A stretch of 63,975 nucleotides of DNA, counting the filler, from Salisapilia sapeloensis CBS 127946 (taxonomy: Eukaryota; Protista; Oomycota), in NCBI GenBank assembly GCA_023334545.1. It is 10 parts of 10 records of this genome, joined end to end, with 100 filler letters (N's around TTAATTAATTAA, not from the genome) between each part and the next. Parts side by side here need not be neighbours in the genome. Positions count along the whole stretch, not along the records: positions 11,675 to 24,479 come from JAADVB010000405.1; 9 more parts are not named here. The stretch is one strand, 5' to 3'. Shown here one piece after another: positions 12,305 through 24,220 of this stretch. Numbering within the stretch: the stretch's first letter is position 1; each line of letters begins with the position of its first letter. Both the position numbers and the translations under genes were made by a program. The notes beneath the pieces were generated by a model. The model made no database searches, had not been told where the DNA came from, and worked only from the letters and a program-made list of their open reading frames with translations.

Positions 12305-13745
12305 ATGACCAAAGATACACCCAAGCTATGGGGCGGACGCTTCCGAGGCAAAGTCGACCCGGTCATGAACAAGTTCAATGAGTCCTTGTCCGTCGACCGA
12401 CGAATGTGGAGCGCCGACCTCGAAGGCAGCAAAGCCTATGCCCAAGCGCTTGCTGACGCCGGCGTCCTCACACCCGACGAGGCGAACGCAATCGTCGAAG
12501 GACTTAGTAAAGTCGGCGAAGAATGGGCAGCAGGCACATTTGAAGTGCGTGAAGGCGACGAAGACATTCACACGGCCAACGAGCGTCGTCTAACGGAACT
12601 TATTGGTGCTGTCGGCGGTAAGCTCCACACTGGTCGCAGCCGGAACGACCAAGTTGCCACCGATACTCGTCTATATTTGAAACAAGAGATTGTAACGATC
12701 ACTGAGAGCTTGAAGACCATGATCGGTGCTGCGAATGAAGTTGCGGAAGCCCACATCGACCTCCTCATGCCTGGTTTCACGCATCTTCAGCCAGCGCAAC
12801 CTTTGCGATTCTCCCACTGGCTGCAGTCCCACGTGGCTCCTCTTCTTCGAGATGCTGAACGACTGCAAGACCTGACCAAGCGAGTCGACGTGCTGCCGCT
12901 CGGCAGTGGTGCATTGGCAGGTGGCATTATATGATATACGAAAGAACTATGAAAGATTTCTGACGAGTGCTCTAGGCAACTCCTTTGGCATCGACCGACA
13001 TGCGTTGGCGACCAACCTCGGCTTCAATCGAGTCTCGCCCAACAGCCTGGATGCAGTGTGCGACAGAGACTTTGTGGCAGAGTTTTTATTCTGGGCTTCC
13101 ACGCTCTTGATCCATTTCTCTCAACTTTCTGAAGACTTGATCGTGTACAATACGCTTAAGTACGTCTCACTCTCAGATGCGTACAGCACGGGATCGTCTC
13201 TCATGCCTCAGAAGAAGAACCCAGATGCTTTGGAACTTTTGAGAGGAAAGAGTGGAACGGTTCTCGGACGTATGAACGGATTCATGTGCACGCTGAAAGG
13301 TCTCCCTCGGTCCTACAACAAGGACCTGCAGGAGGATAAGACCGCGCTCTTCGAGGTCATTGATGCCGTGCACGACTGTCTCCAGATCGCTACAGGTGTT
13401 GTCGCGACGCTCACCCCGAATAAGGAAGCGCTGTACAACGGTCTCGTGACTGAGATGCTGGCGACGGATCTGGCAGAGTACCTCGTCCGGAAGGGCGTTC
13501 CGTTCCGTGAGACGCATCACATCTCTGGATCAGCCGTAAAACTGGCGGAAGACACGGGCAAGAAACTCCATGAGTTGACGCTGGAAGAGCTAAAGACGCT
13601 GCACGATAAGTTTGACGAAGATGTGGCTGAAGTGTGGAACTTTGAGACGAGCGTCGAGCGAAAGAACGTCGCTGGCGGGACGAGCAAGGCGGCGGTGCAA
13701 AAGCAGATTGACGACGTGAAGCAATGGTTGGAGAAGGGTTTCTAG
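12305..13745 (+). CDS. ASL: Argininosuccinate lyase; join(12305..12920,12976..13745)
   Basis: KLWGGRF, KLHTGRSRNDQ, MPGFTHLQPAQP, GSGALAG|NSFGIDR, STGSSLMPQKKNPD signature; 55-bp intron 12921..12975. Confidence 0.97.
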
Positions 13746-13848
13746 GAAAGACAATGGAGACGTTTTCTTTTTCTCATGGCACCCACCTGTATTGTTGGAT
13801 GGACTGGTCGAGTTTTTCTACCTCCTAGTTTATGCCGCTTGTACCTGC

Positions 13849-14201
13849 TTAAAAGCCACTAATCGATTATCATCAGTACTCGTGTGTAAATAGATAGATA
13901 TAGTAGTGATGGTAGCGTACGCTTTCTTGCGTTTGAGGATAAAGTCGATCATGGAGCCGACGCGGCGGTTAGCGTGGCGAATGTATCGCTCGTCGTTCTT
14001 TCGCTTGCGCTTCATCCATCCCTTTTCGTGGAACTTAAGCAACTGTCGACTCTTCATGATGCCGTCCTCATTCACAATCGAGTGGAGGCGACTGGCAAAC
14101 CGGTCAGCGTCGTATCCGTCCGGAATGCGGATGTGGATGTTGCGGGACTGGGCGACAGATCGCTGCGCGAGTGCGACGGACCTCTTGAGCAGTGCTTCCA
14201 T
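13849..14201 (-). CDS. MRPS21: Probable mitochondrial ribosomal protein bS21m; exons 13921..14201, 13849..13858
   Basis: Presequence-like N-terminus then RLHSIVNEDGIMKSRQLLKFHEKGWMKRKRK (S21-like); intron 13859..13920 gives C-terminus KKAGF*. Confidence 0.6.
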
Positions 14202-14311
14202 CGCTTTTGGCTTTTGTGGTGTAAAGCCGACAGTAATTTACATTTTGAACTAATTTACGTCTCTCTGGGGGTAGATACAAGGAAGACCGCAGATAGAGGA
14301 ATAGCGCGACC

Positions 14312-15446
14312 ATGGCGGACGAAGAGGTGCCCGAGGCGAGCTTACGCAACTTGGTGGAGCAAGATACGCTCCGATGGATCTTTGTTGGAGGCAAGGGAGG
14401 TGTGGGCAAGACCACGACGTCTTGCTGCCTCTCCATCCGTCTGGCGATGCAGAGGGAGAAGGTGTTGGTCGTGTCGACGGACCCGGCGCATAACCTGAGG
14501 TGCGAGTCATATTCAAAAGCGTACTGGACGCATCTCATTTATTCTGTGATAGTGATGCATTCGGACAGAAGTTTACCAAGGAGCCGACACTCGTGAACGG
14601 CTTTACGAATCTATCTGTCATGGAGATCGATCCAAACGTCGATGTGCGCTTATCCAATCTTCCTTTTTTACTTTACAGGTCTAAATCAACTATGTGCAGC
14701 TAGACGAGATGAATGCAGATGGAGTACAGGAGGCTTCGGGTATGACCTCCTTCCTCAAGGACTTGACGAACGCCATCCCTGGCATCGACGAGGCCATGAG
14801 CTTTGCAGAGCTCATGCGACAGGTACCACGTCCACTGCTCTGCCTCTTTCCTCTTCTTATCTGTACGTCATAGGTCCAAAGCATGGACTTCTCCGTCATC
14901 GTGTTCGACACGGCTCCAACGGGCCATACGCTGCGTCTCCTGAGCTTCCCCACCGCTCTTGACAAGGCGTTTGACAAGATCATGTCCCTCCAGAGCCAAT
15001 TCTCCGGCATGTTCTCCCAAGTCTCGGCACTCATGGGTGGCGCCATGCCTTCTCAGGAGCAGCTCTTGGGGAAACTGGAAGAGACGAGAGACGTCATCCA
15101 AAAGGTCAATTCGCAGTTCAAAGACCCGGAGCGAACGACTTTTGTCTGCGTCTGCATCCCAGAGTTCTTATCTCTGTACGAGACGGAGCGACTGGTGCAA
15201 GAGCTCACTAAGTATGAGATCGACGTCCACAACATTGTCGTCAACCAGGTCTTGTACCCGACGGAAGGCCAGAGTTGCGGCAACTGTCAGGCGAGACAGA
15301 AGATGCAGCAAAAGTACATTGACCAGATCTATGATCTGTACGAAGAGTTTCACGTAGTCGAGATGCCGCTACTCAACGAAGAGGTACGCGGCGTGCCCAA
15401 GCTCAAGCACTTTTCCGAGTACCTGCTGCAACCATACGAACCTTGA
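14312..15446 (+). CDS. GET3: GET3/ArsA-family ATPase; join(14312..14499,14553..14643,14700..14822,14874..15446)
   Basis: [15 protein letters not shown]-loop, [41 protein letters not shown], CxxC (CGNC). Confidence 0.97.
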
Positions 15447-15472
15447 GACTTAAAAAAAGATACCTTTTGGTC

Positions 15473-16261
15473 TTAACTGTCGCTCGAACTGTCGCTGTAG
15501 TCGGCCACGAGCGTCGACGCTACTACCTTCTTCTCCTCTGGTTTCTCGCTCTTCTTCACTTTCTTCTTCTTCTTTAGCACCACCACCGGAGCCTTTTCCT
15601 CTTTCAAAGGAGCGTCCAAGGTCGTCGGACGACGTACTTCTGGCGCCTCCTGTCTCTTCCGTTTGTTTCGAAACACTTCCTGGGCTAGTTTCTTGTCCTC
15701 TTCTTCCTCCTTTTCCTTCTTCCGCTCCGTTGAGTAGCTCTGCAGCAATGCGTCGGTATCTACATGCGCATGCCGTTGGTTGACCGCCTTGATTTCGTCC
15801 AGGGCATCCAGAATGTCCATCTCCCGCTTGCTGTCCAACGTCCGGTTCTCTAGCGCTTTCATTGCATCTCCTCTCTCCTCGTCTTCTTTGGTCTTGTCAG
15901 CAGCGTCCTGCACTTCCTCTCGTTCCCGCCACGGTTCAAAGTTTCGTTGGGCGCCATGCTCTGCTGCGTAGTCTCCATTCTTCGGATCGGTTTTGAACGT
16001 AATTTCAGCAGAACAGGCAGAGCATTTAATGTAGAACCGAAAGATACGAATACCCTTGTAGTCCTCGTTCTCGACATCTTCCTTGCGCGAATTGAACTTC
16101 TTTCCGCGGTACATGTACTCGCCACAGGTGGCGCACTGCATGGAAAAAGGGAGCATCATGCGCACTTCGATCTGCTTATTTTTCGGCCGCTTGCTCCGAG
16201 GGATGAGCGACGGATCAAAGTCCGGTGGGAAGTACTTATTCAAGACCTTGCGCTCACCCAT
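15473..16261 (-). CDS. YJU2: Splicing factor YJU2 (CCDC94/Cwf16 family)
   Basis: [64 protein letters not shown]. Confidence 0.95.
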   Translation of the reverse strand: MGERKVLNKYFPPDFDPSLIPRSKRPKNKQIEVRMMLPFSMQCATCGEYMYRGKKFNSRKEDVENEDYKGIRIFRFYIKCSACSAEITFKTDPKNGDYAAEHGAQRNFEPWREREEVQDAADKTKEDEERGDAMKALENRTLDSKREMDILDALDEIKAVNQRHAHVDTDALLQSYSTERKKEKEEEEDKKLAQEVFRNKRKRQEAPEVRRPTTLDAPLKEEKAPVVVLKKKKKVKKSEKPEEKKVVASTLVADYSDSSSDS

Positions 16262-17680
16262 GCTTTCTCCTCGTTCGTGTCTTGAGTTGTTGTTCCAAAG
16301 AAAAGAAAATTGTAATTTTCTTTTCTTTTTGTAGGTAGGACAAAAGGATGGAAGGCAGGTATAGAATGTTTTGACATTTTATTCATGTGCGTGTTGAGGT
16401 ACCGCAGCGCTAGTCGATATGCATAGAGAAATAGAACTAGGGTTTTGCGTGTCATATACTTCTTTGCTTGGTACGCATGTGAAAGCACAGTAAATGGAGC
16501 GATGGACGCTTGCGTTTAGACGACATTTCTACCCTAGGTTTCCGTAGTATCAGACCTTTTGCTTACGATGACAGCTAATAGAGACGAACGAGCATGCAAC
16601 CCATATGAAGGTGGAGAAAGAGTGTCGAGATCACCGCATCCGATTAGAAATGTGGCAAAGGCACTGGTGTTCGTATAGCACGTGCTTACGTAGCAAAGAC
16701 ACGTAGCGTGGTGCGAACAGAGTGATGGACACAAGGAGAACCTGGGTATACGTAGCTGGCAGTTGACAAGCCATTGCCGCATGAACTATAAATAACTTTC
16801 CATGTAATGGGGCACGCTCTATTTCGAAGTAGAGCAACGACAGTGTGGATTTCAGGGCAGAACGCATCGTTTCTTATTAAGAATCTACCGTGTTAAGCAT
16901 GATGAGACCTTCGCGCACTGAAAAGCCGGTGCGTGCATGTTGCGAAGCTGACTGAGATAAAAGGCGAGTGTCGAAATGTATCGCATTCACTCGACGTTCG
17001 TGTCCATGGTGCATGGTGCTCGCCTGTCATGTAGAGCACTTGAGTTGAAGGCTAAAACGCCATGCAGTTACAAACAGAACGGTAGGACAAGGCAAACGAC
17101 GTGGCTACTAAACTAGCCTCTGAACAAACTCTCTTGGAAGCTTTGATAGATCCCACGTACGACATACCTATCAGGCAGATGGCATAGTTCGAAAACTCCA
17201 CTTGAATTTCATCAGCTCTGTATGCACTGCTTCCCACGTAGCAAGAGCCGAATCGAACAGCAAAGTCCGTGCTAAAATTACTTGATTTTCGTTTAAATTC
17301 TGGAACCTAGTCGACGTCGTTTCAAGATGCATCCCACGCCTGTCCTATCTTTCCGCACGAACGCATCCTTCACGTTCCGGCGGTCCATGCTCCCTCGAAC
17401 TCTGCTTTAATACCCACTATACTCGCCCAATTAAACACTACTTCTCCTCTACGTACGCAATCTCCATTCACAGGTATTCCCGACCTCTCCTTACGTGGGT
17501 GTCAACGTCATCGTTATTGGACCGCCGGACTGCCCGTCTCACTAATTTACCCTCCAAGCAGTGCCAGATTGTAGGTCCAGAAAAGGGCGACCCGAGGCAC
17601 TCTGCTCCACAAACTGCCTCACAACGCAATTCGACCTCTTGACCGCACGTCTACTACTCAGTTCGTCAACACACGCGGAA

Positions 17681-19339
17681 ATGGCACCTTTGACCAGAGC
17701 TACTGCTGCCGCTGCGCACCTCCAGGCAGCCACCCGATGCCCATTCATGCACGCGCTCCCGTCCTCCCGTGCGGCGCTCTTGCCCAACATTTCCCAGCTG
17801 GCCAAAATGTGCCCGCACATGTCCAAGGTCATGAAGGGCACGGCCTCCAAGCCGGCCGCTTCTATTCAGGGACACTCGGCCTACTCGCCGGCGTCTGCCG
17901 CGACGTTGCGTCGCATGGAGGAAATTAAGGCGGAACAGGCAGCCCCTTCCAGCTCCGTGTCGGCTCGCTTCCGTACGAGTGCGCTCCCACAACAGCGTGT
18001 CGGCGGCCTCTCGCAACGACAGTACCAGCAAGGATTTGAAGACACCATCTCCAAGATCAAGCGCGAGGGTCGATACCGTGAATTTGCCGACTTGGAGCGT
18101 AAGCGTGGCGAGTTCCCTCGTGCTACCCACCATGAAAAGGAAGGCTCTACTAAAGAAGTGGTCGCATGGTGTAGCAACGACTACCTCAGCATGGGTCAAC
18201 ACCCGAAGGTCATCCAAGCCATGCAAGAGTCCCTCAATAAGTCCGGTGGTGGTTCTGGTGGCACCCGGAACATTTCTGGTACAAACCACAACCACGTTCT
18301 TTTGGAACGCGACTTGGCCGACTTGCACCAGCAGGAAGCCGCCTTGCTATTTACATCGTGCTACGTTGCCAACGATTCTGTCATTAGTACGATGACCAAG
18401 ATCTTCCCGGACATTGTCATGGTCTCAGACAGTCTCAATCACGCGTCTATGATCCATGGCATTCGACACAGTGGCGCTGAAAAGCTCATTTACAAGCACA
18501 ATGATATGGAGGACCTTGAACGGAAGCTCCAGATGATCGACCCAGCCAAGCCTAAGCTCATCCTCTTTGAGAGTGTCAACTCGATGGAGGGTACGGTCGC
18601 TCCTCTGCACGAAATCTGTGACTTGGCTGACAAGTACGGCGCGATGACCTTTAACGATGAAGTGCACGCAGCCGGTCTTTACGGTAACCGTGGCGCTGGT
18701 ATCGCGGAGCGTGACCACTGCCTCCACCGTATCACGATGGTGACAGCCACTTTGGCCAAGGGCTACGGTACCATGGGCGGGTACGTTGCCGGTTCTGCTG
18801 CGCTCGTCGATGCCATGCGCTCCACCGCTGCTGGTTTCATCTTCTCGTCATCGATGCCGCCAATCGTGGCTGCCGGTGCGCGAGCAGCCGTAAACCACCT
18901 TAAGGAGAGTCAGGAAGAGCGTACGATCATGCACAACAAGTCGGAGGAGGTGAAGCGTCGTCTGGTCGACGCTGGTTTCCCATTGCTGCCGAGTGTGAGC
19001 CACATCATCCCTTTGATGGTGTGTGACCCGGTCAAGGTAAAGGAGGCGTCTCGCTTGTTGATGGAGCGTCACCGTATCTACGTGCAGCCGATTAACTTCC
19101 CGACCGTCCCGCAAGGTGAAGAGCGTCTGCGTCTCACGCCCCTGCCGACGCACACGGACGAGATGGTGGACAACTTGCTGGTGGCTCTGGAAGACGTTTG
19201 GGAGACGCTCAACCTTCCGCGCGAGCGCTCGTGCCCTACTACCATCCGTGACTTTTCGCCTGTGCAGGAGAAGAAGTACTTGCCTAAGGTCGAGTTCCTA
19301 AACATGCCGACGGACCAACCGGTGGAGGCTTTCGCCTAA
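17681..19339 (+). CDS. ALAS: 5-aminolevulinate synthase, mitochondrial
   Basis: [67 protein letters not shown] (PLP lysine), [22 protein letters not shown]; ATG 17681 begins a presequence. Confidence 0.97.
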   Translation: MAPLTRATAAAAHLQAATRCPFMHALPSSRAALLPNISQLAKMCPHMSKVMKGTASKPAASIQGHSAYSPASAATLRRMEEIKAEQAAPSSSVSARFRTSALPQQRVGGLSQRQYQQGFEDTISKIKREGRYREFADLERKRGEFPRATHHEKEGSTKEVVAWCSNDYLSMGQHPKVIQAMQESLNKSGGGSGGTRNISGTNHNHVLLERDLADLHQQEAALLFTSCYVANDSVISTMTKIFPDIVMVSDSLNHASMIHGIRHSGAEKLIYKHNDMEDLERKLQMIDPAKPKLILFESVNSMEGTVAPLHEICDLADKYGAMTFNDEVHAAGLYGNRGAGIAERDHCLHRITMVTATLAKGYGTMGGYVAGSAALVDAMRSTAAGFIFSSSMPPIVAAGARAAVNHLKESQEERTIMHNKSEEVKRRLVDAGFPLLPSVSHIIPLMVCDPVKVKEASRLLMERHRIYVQPINFPTVPQGEERLRLTPLPTHTDEMVDNLLVALEDVWETLNLPRERSCPTTIRDFSPVQEKKYLPKVEFLNMPTDQPVEAFA

Positions 19340-19538
19340 ATGTCCAAGGGATAATTCAATCCACTCACATGTTGTTCAATCTATCCTTTGACCTCGTTCC
19401 TCTCTTTTTGCTCGGTTTCTATCTTTTCATCACGTCTGGTCTCTAAGAAACTTCGACAGCAGATGTCTCATAATTCAGAGTCTATGCGTAACGCTGTTGT
19501 TGAAAACGCCTAAAAACCATTTGACTTGGACGTCGCCC

Positions 19539-20441
19539 ATGGACGGCTCGACTGGTACGCTTCACTTTGACCAGCATTCCGAAAGACGACCATACTAATC
19601 GATTTCGTACTCAGGTAAGCGAAAGCAGGAGGATGCGGCCTTCCAGGCTCGGGTTGAGACAGGCTCGCTGCGGGTCAAAATCTCGCGCAAAGACTCGACG
19701 CCAGCGCCAGCAAAACCCAGCGGATCGTCGGAAAACTCGGAGGACGAATACTCCCCGCCACGCCCGCGACCGAACCGGAAACATCTACCGGTGTTTTACC
19801 AAAAAAGCACTCGAAGGCGGTCGAACAGCGACAAGAACTCGACGTCAAGTTCCGACTCGGGGCGATTTTCTTCCTTGATGCAGGAATTGCAAATTCCCAA
19901 CAGCTCTACTTCGGCGTCGAGTGACGTGAATGCCAGTGGTGACAAGGATGCAGGCGCTCCTCCGACGTCCAATCCGCTTTTTACTCGAAATGATAGCGAC
20001 GGCCTCGCTCCTTTCTCCGACCTGTTTCCATCTGCTACGTCTTCCGCACCAACATTACCTGCCTCTTCTCCGACGCTCGAGCGTCAAAGCAGCTCCACTG
20101 CATCTGACAGATTCGACCCGATGGCTGCCCTCCAGACTGCCATCGCCACACACAACGCTCTGCAACAGAATCTACAACTGAGCAAACGTCCCTCATCCTC
20201 TTCGGCTCCTCCGCCGCCATCCTTAAGCAAGAATCTATCGACCGGTAGCTCCGTGTCGGAGGAAGGAGACTTGGGACCTCCCCCAAGCCAGCCGCCAAAG
20301 TTTGCGAACATGAACTCGCTAGCTGGCGGAGGGATCGACATGCCACCTGTCGTGTCGAATGTGAATGTAAGGACTTTTGACTGGACCAAGATGAGTGCCG
20401 AGGAGAAGGCGCAGGACCGGAGTAGTTTAAATCGAACGTAA
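19539..20441 (+). CDS. Ser/Pro-rich low-complexity hypothetical protein; join(19539..19554,19615..20441)
   Basis: ORF 19791..20441 is open back to 19615; intron 19555..19614 (GTACGC..TACTAAT..CTCAG) links it to ATG 19539 giving MDGSTGKRKQEDAAFQARV. Confidence 0.6.
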
Positions 20442-20474
20442 GAAATCGTCATGTGTTTGGAAAATATCGTTGAT

Positions 20475-21183
20475 CTATTCCACCCGAGGGCACTTCCATA
20501 AATCGTCGCCGAGGAAGTGGGCGAGCTCGATGGCCTGGCCCTTGTTCTTTTCCTTGCTGCATAAAGTGTGAGAGCGAGGTACATGGAGTAGGATGCAGAA
20601 ATAGATACATTTCGGTCGTCGAGAGAGCGAGGACGCCCACAGCCATTGCCAGTTCCTTTCCCTCCGCCATAATCGCCTACCAACAGCATCTATCATTATA
20701 TTGTGTTCGTGATGAAAAGATACAATCAACGTACGACAGGAGTGCCTGCTTCCAGCTCCTCTGGCAAGTCTCCACCTTTAGACGTCAGACCGGGGCACAT
20801 GACGTTCGCACCGGACATGACGAACGGGATGGCTCCCTTGTCCGCAACAACGACGGACATCATCTCTGGCACTACTAGCATGTTATAATTTCCATTTCCC
20901 ATCCTATCGAAATAAAAGTACCTTTATGAAGGAGACGCAGCGTAGGCATGTACGGTCCATCTCTCTGGTTAAAGAAGAGAGGCTCGTTGTCGTGGAAGAC
21001 GATCTGGATGTGGTTCGGACACTTGCCAACTTCCATCGGAGCCTTCTTGGGCAGCACGAGCTCCTGGTACGGCTCTAGATTCGGGTACTGCTCCAAGATC
21101 TTGGTCCGGATGCCTCTCTGGACGGAGCTCTTGACTTTGCTCTTGGAGCTCATGTCTTCATCGACACTAAAGCGCTTGAACAT
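20475..21183 (-). CDS. MCTS1: MCTS1/Tma20 PUA-domain translation factor, 4 exons
   Basis: [29 protein letters not shown]|[48 protein letters not shown], joined by three small GT-AG introns. Confidence 0.93.
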
Positions 21184-21337
21184 GGTGCTACTCGATCTCG
21201 AATGGTTCGTGTCGTGTGGAGTGGCTACTTTGCGTAGACTTTTGTATCGACATTTGATTGGGTGAATCCGAATAAGAATCAAGAGCAAAGCCAGTCTTCG
21301 GCCTACTCTTCCTCAGCTCACACAACCGAGTACTAGC

Positions 21338-22687
21338 ATGGCTGCAGAGAGCGAGCTTCCGGCGGCTCCGGCCGTGAGAATGGGCAGCGTATCGAACGTC
21401 GTGGAGGTCGAGGTACCTCCTGGTCCTTTGGGCATGCTCATCATGCCACCCGAGTCACCTGATAACGTCGGATGCGGCCTACTTAAGCAGTTCGCACCAG
21501 TTGACGCCCAAGGCACGCCAGGGATACTGGAGAAGCAGGGCGTCGTGCGTCCAGGGAGTCTCCTCTTCCGTATTAATGACAGAGACTTTCGGCTGGAAAA
21601 AGCTTCGTTCAAAGACATTCAGGACGAGATCAAAAAGACACGCTTGGAGACGAGACTCCTTGCCTTCGAGCTGCCGCCATCTTCCCCAACGTCTTCCAGC
21701 ACCTCTTCCAACAACTTTGACCTGCCCATGCGGTCCATGCAGGCCTTCCACGCCGCTTTTACACTCGGGAAGGAACTGGGTAGAGGCACGTTTTCCGTCG
21801 TCAAAGCAGCGACGCACAACAAGACCAAGGAGACGGTCGCTGTCAAGTGCATCAATCGTCAGAAGCTCTCTAAAAGCGACGAAGCGGCTCTCTCTCATGA
21901 AGTAGGCATCCTCCAGCGGATGGACCACAAGCACATTATGAAGTTGTTTGAAGTCTTTGGAGATGACCAGAACGTCTACCTCGTAACTGAGTTCATGCCT
22001 GGCGGAGAGCTCTTCGACCGGATCGTCGAGAGAACCTTTTACTCTGAGCACAAGGCGAGGGAGCTCGTTCGAGTGCTCTTGGAGACCATCCAGTACTGTC
22101 ACGATCGAGGCGTCGTCCATCGAGACCTCAAGCCAGAGAACCTGCTCTTGTCGTCTACTGGTGACGACGCAGAGATCAAGATCGCAGACTTTGGATTCGC
22201 AAAGTCCGTCTTTGGCGTCGACGATGTATCGACTCTCGAAACGCAGTGTGGTACCCCAGCCTACGTCGCGCCAGAGATTTTGCAGCAGAAAGCGTACGGC
22301 AAAAGTGTGGACATTTGGAGCATCGGCGTCATCACGTACATCCTCTTGTGCGGCTACCCTCCGTTCAACCACTCGAATCATGCCCAACTTTATCGTCTCA
22401 TCCGTTCAGGCCAGTACGAGTTTGAAAGTCCGGACTGGGACGGCGTGTCCGACCAGGCAAAGGACCTGATCACGCACATGCTGATGGTCAATCCGGAAGA
22501 GCGATGGGACGCTGCTCGTCTGCTGCAGCACCCGTGGCTGTCAGATGCGTCGGCTGCGTCGGATGTCGAGTTGGGCGACGTCTTGGCGAGACTCAAGGCT
22601 CGACGCAAGTTCCGAAAGGCTGTGAATACCATCATGAGCATGCGGTTTATGAAACCGAGTGGAAACGAGTCAAGTGTAGTAAAGTAA
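21338..22687 (+). CDS. Ca2+/calmodulin-dependent protein kinase (CaMK1-like) with N-terminal PDZ-like domain
   Basis: LGRGTFSVV, VAVKCI, HRDLKPEN, DFG, CGTPAYVAPE; CaM-binding-like tail ARRKFRKAVNTI; N-terminal VEVEVPPGPLG..VRPGSLLFRIN. Confidence 0.9.
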   Translation: MAAESELPAAPAVRMGSVSNVVEVEVPPGPLGMLIMPPESPDNVGCGLLKQFAPVDAQGTPGILEKQGVVRPGSLLFRINDRDFRLEKASFKDIQDEIKKTRLETRLLAFELPPSSPTSSSTSSNNFDLPMRSMQAFHAAFTLGKELGRGTFSVVKAATHNKTKETVAVKCINRQKLSKSDEAALSHEVGILQRMDHKHIMKLFEVFGDDQNVYLVTEFMPGGELFDRIVERTFYSEHKARELVRVLLETIQYCHDRGVVHRDLKPENLLLSSTGDDAEIKIADFGFAKSVFGVDDVSTLETQCGTPAYVAPEILQQKAYGKSVDIWSIGVITYILLCGYPPFNHSNHAQLYRLIRSGQYEFESPDWDGVSDQAKDLITHMLMVNPEERWDAARLLQHPWLSDASAASDVELGDVLARLKARRKFRKAVNTIMSMRFMKPSGNESSVVK

Positions 22688-22724
22688 AAAGCAAAGCAAC
22701 GTTTCTGTTTTCCTTTGCCGCTGT

Positions 22725-23987
22725 TCATGCTTCACGTACGGTACTTTCGGACAGGAGGGTCTGAACAAGTTCGGCTGCCTCGAGTCGTGCTTCCTCTAGG
22801 AGTTCATCTAGTCGATTCGGAGGAACTGCCTCGGCGTACATGTCGACACGGAAGCGACCTATAGGAGGAGCACCATCCGATCCATGCATCTCGACGAATA
22901 GACAGTATACAAGAGGAGAGACAGCACGGTAGTCGAGTGCCGCTTGCAGACCTCTTCGCGGACATGCAGATACATACCAGTCGTCCTGTAACAACTGTCC
23001 ATTCGATACTGGGCCAGGAGGCTCTTCGCCTTGTGCTGCATACTTTCCCCACGCAGTGATCCACGGGAGATGAACTAACAGCCAGCACTCGCTCCTGTTT
23101 TTCAGATTCGGTCGGTCTTGTGCCAGAATCAACTGGAGCTCCAACTTCCGACGTAACTGCTCATCTACAACTGTCTCCTCCACTTCGTCTGAAGTAAACT
23201 CTGAGAGTGGGCGATAGGCGGAGGGTACTAGGAAAGCCAAGTGACGAGAACGAGTCTGGCTTTCCTCCAACAGGTCTCGAATTTGAGCAAAAGTAGAGCT
23301 TCTCAAGTCCTGGCCATCCAAGGACACAAGTACAGATCCAGGACCGATGCGTCCATCTTTTTCCACCAGGCCTTTCAGACCACTATGTAGACAACGAAAA
23401 CCGGTGACTACGGCTGCATTTTCTACATTGCCATCCAGCTCGAGGCCAAGCGGACCTGGCGGTACTTGAATCTGCACTCGATGGCCACGTCTGCTTCTTC
23501 CAGATGATGAGCTACTTATACTACTTGCACTGCGACTCCTAGAGAACAGGTCGCGAAGCGAAGACAGGGAGGGGAGGGTGGAAGACAAAGAACGGAAACT
23601 AGACTTTTTGGTAGGGGTTGCTGGAGGAACGAGGAACTGAAGTGTTTTGCTCTGATCAAATGTGCCCCGCAAGAGCTCATTAATGGCAGCATAGTCGAGC
23701 TCTTGTGCCTGGAAATCGGTTTCGTTTATGCCGATGAGGATACTCTGAAGACGCACTTTTCCGCTGCTTTCAATCATTCCACGCTCACGCCCATCGGACG
23801 AAGTACTGACAAAGTTCCGGATGACGCAGCCACCGACATCAGGCGTCTGAGGCTCCAGCAAGATGCCCAAAGGTCCAGGACTGACGTGCACTTCCACAAA
23901 CTGCCATGAATCCTCCACTTCAGATTCCTCTTCCTCCAGCACTTGATCCTGTGCATCATCTGCGTCCGTGGGCGAAGCAGACATCAT
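22725..23987 (-). CDS. Protein with two PDZ-like domains and a C-terminal DUSP-like domain
   Basis: VEVHVSPGPLG and VQIQVPPGPLG modules; C-terminal ECWLLVHLPWITAWGKY..PPGPVSNGQLL..DYRAV matches the DUSP (ubiquitin-specific protease N-terminal domain) pattern; no USP catalytic motifs. Confidence 0.75.
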   Translation of the reverse strand: MMSASPTDADDAQDQVLEEEESEVEDSWQFVEVHVSPGPLGILLEPQTPDVGGCVIRNFVSTSSDGRERGMIESSGKVRLQSILIGINETDFQAQELDYAAINELLRGTFDQSKTLQFLVPPATPTKKSSFRSLSSTLPSLSSLRDLFSRSRSASSISSSSSGRSRRGHRVQIQVPPGPLGLELDGNVENAAVVTGFRCLHSGLKGLVEKDGRIGPGSVLVSLDGQDLRSSTFAQIRDLLEESQTRSRHLAFLVPSAYRPLSEFTSDEVEETVVDEQLRRKLELQLILAQDRPNLKNRSECWLLVHLPWITAWGKYAAQGEEPPGPVSNGQLLQDDWYVSACPRRGLQAALDYRAVSPLVYCLFVEMHGSDGAPPIGRFRVDMYAEAVPPNRLDELLEEARLEAAELVQTLLSESTVREA

Positions 23988-24220
23988 CTTGAAGCGACTT
24001 ATCGCCTATTTTGTGGGTTCAGACTGCGTCCTTATGTTTTCTTCACGAAGAAAAGATAGACATCCTCCACACTTCCCCTATTCTTCTTGAAGTATGAGTA
24101 CAGTCAGCTATCCCACTCCACGTGAGCTGCAGCGCTGTCTGTAGCTTCATTCTCGTCAGCGTTGCCATCTCCATGCATTTTTAAGCTTTTATTGCGCTCA
24201 TGAATATCAGTTACAAGATG

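Noticed and set aside
17561-17680. N-terminal extension of ALAS in the ORF track
   Set aside because: Starts at GTG, which is unlikely in a eukaryote; ATG 17681 gives a typical presequence. The same reasoning applies to the 2659..3942 ORF upstream of 3624, where the start is unresolved.
17666-18328. Long antisense or alternative-frame ORFs over ALAS, the kinase (21479..22387), the PH gene (27078..27755) and the Gly-rich gene (58614..59546, 58761..59294, 59122..59670)
   Set aside because: Shadow ORFs expected from GC-rich codon bias and repeats in the real genes; no recognisable motifs.
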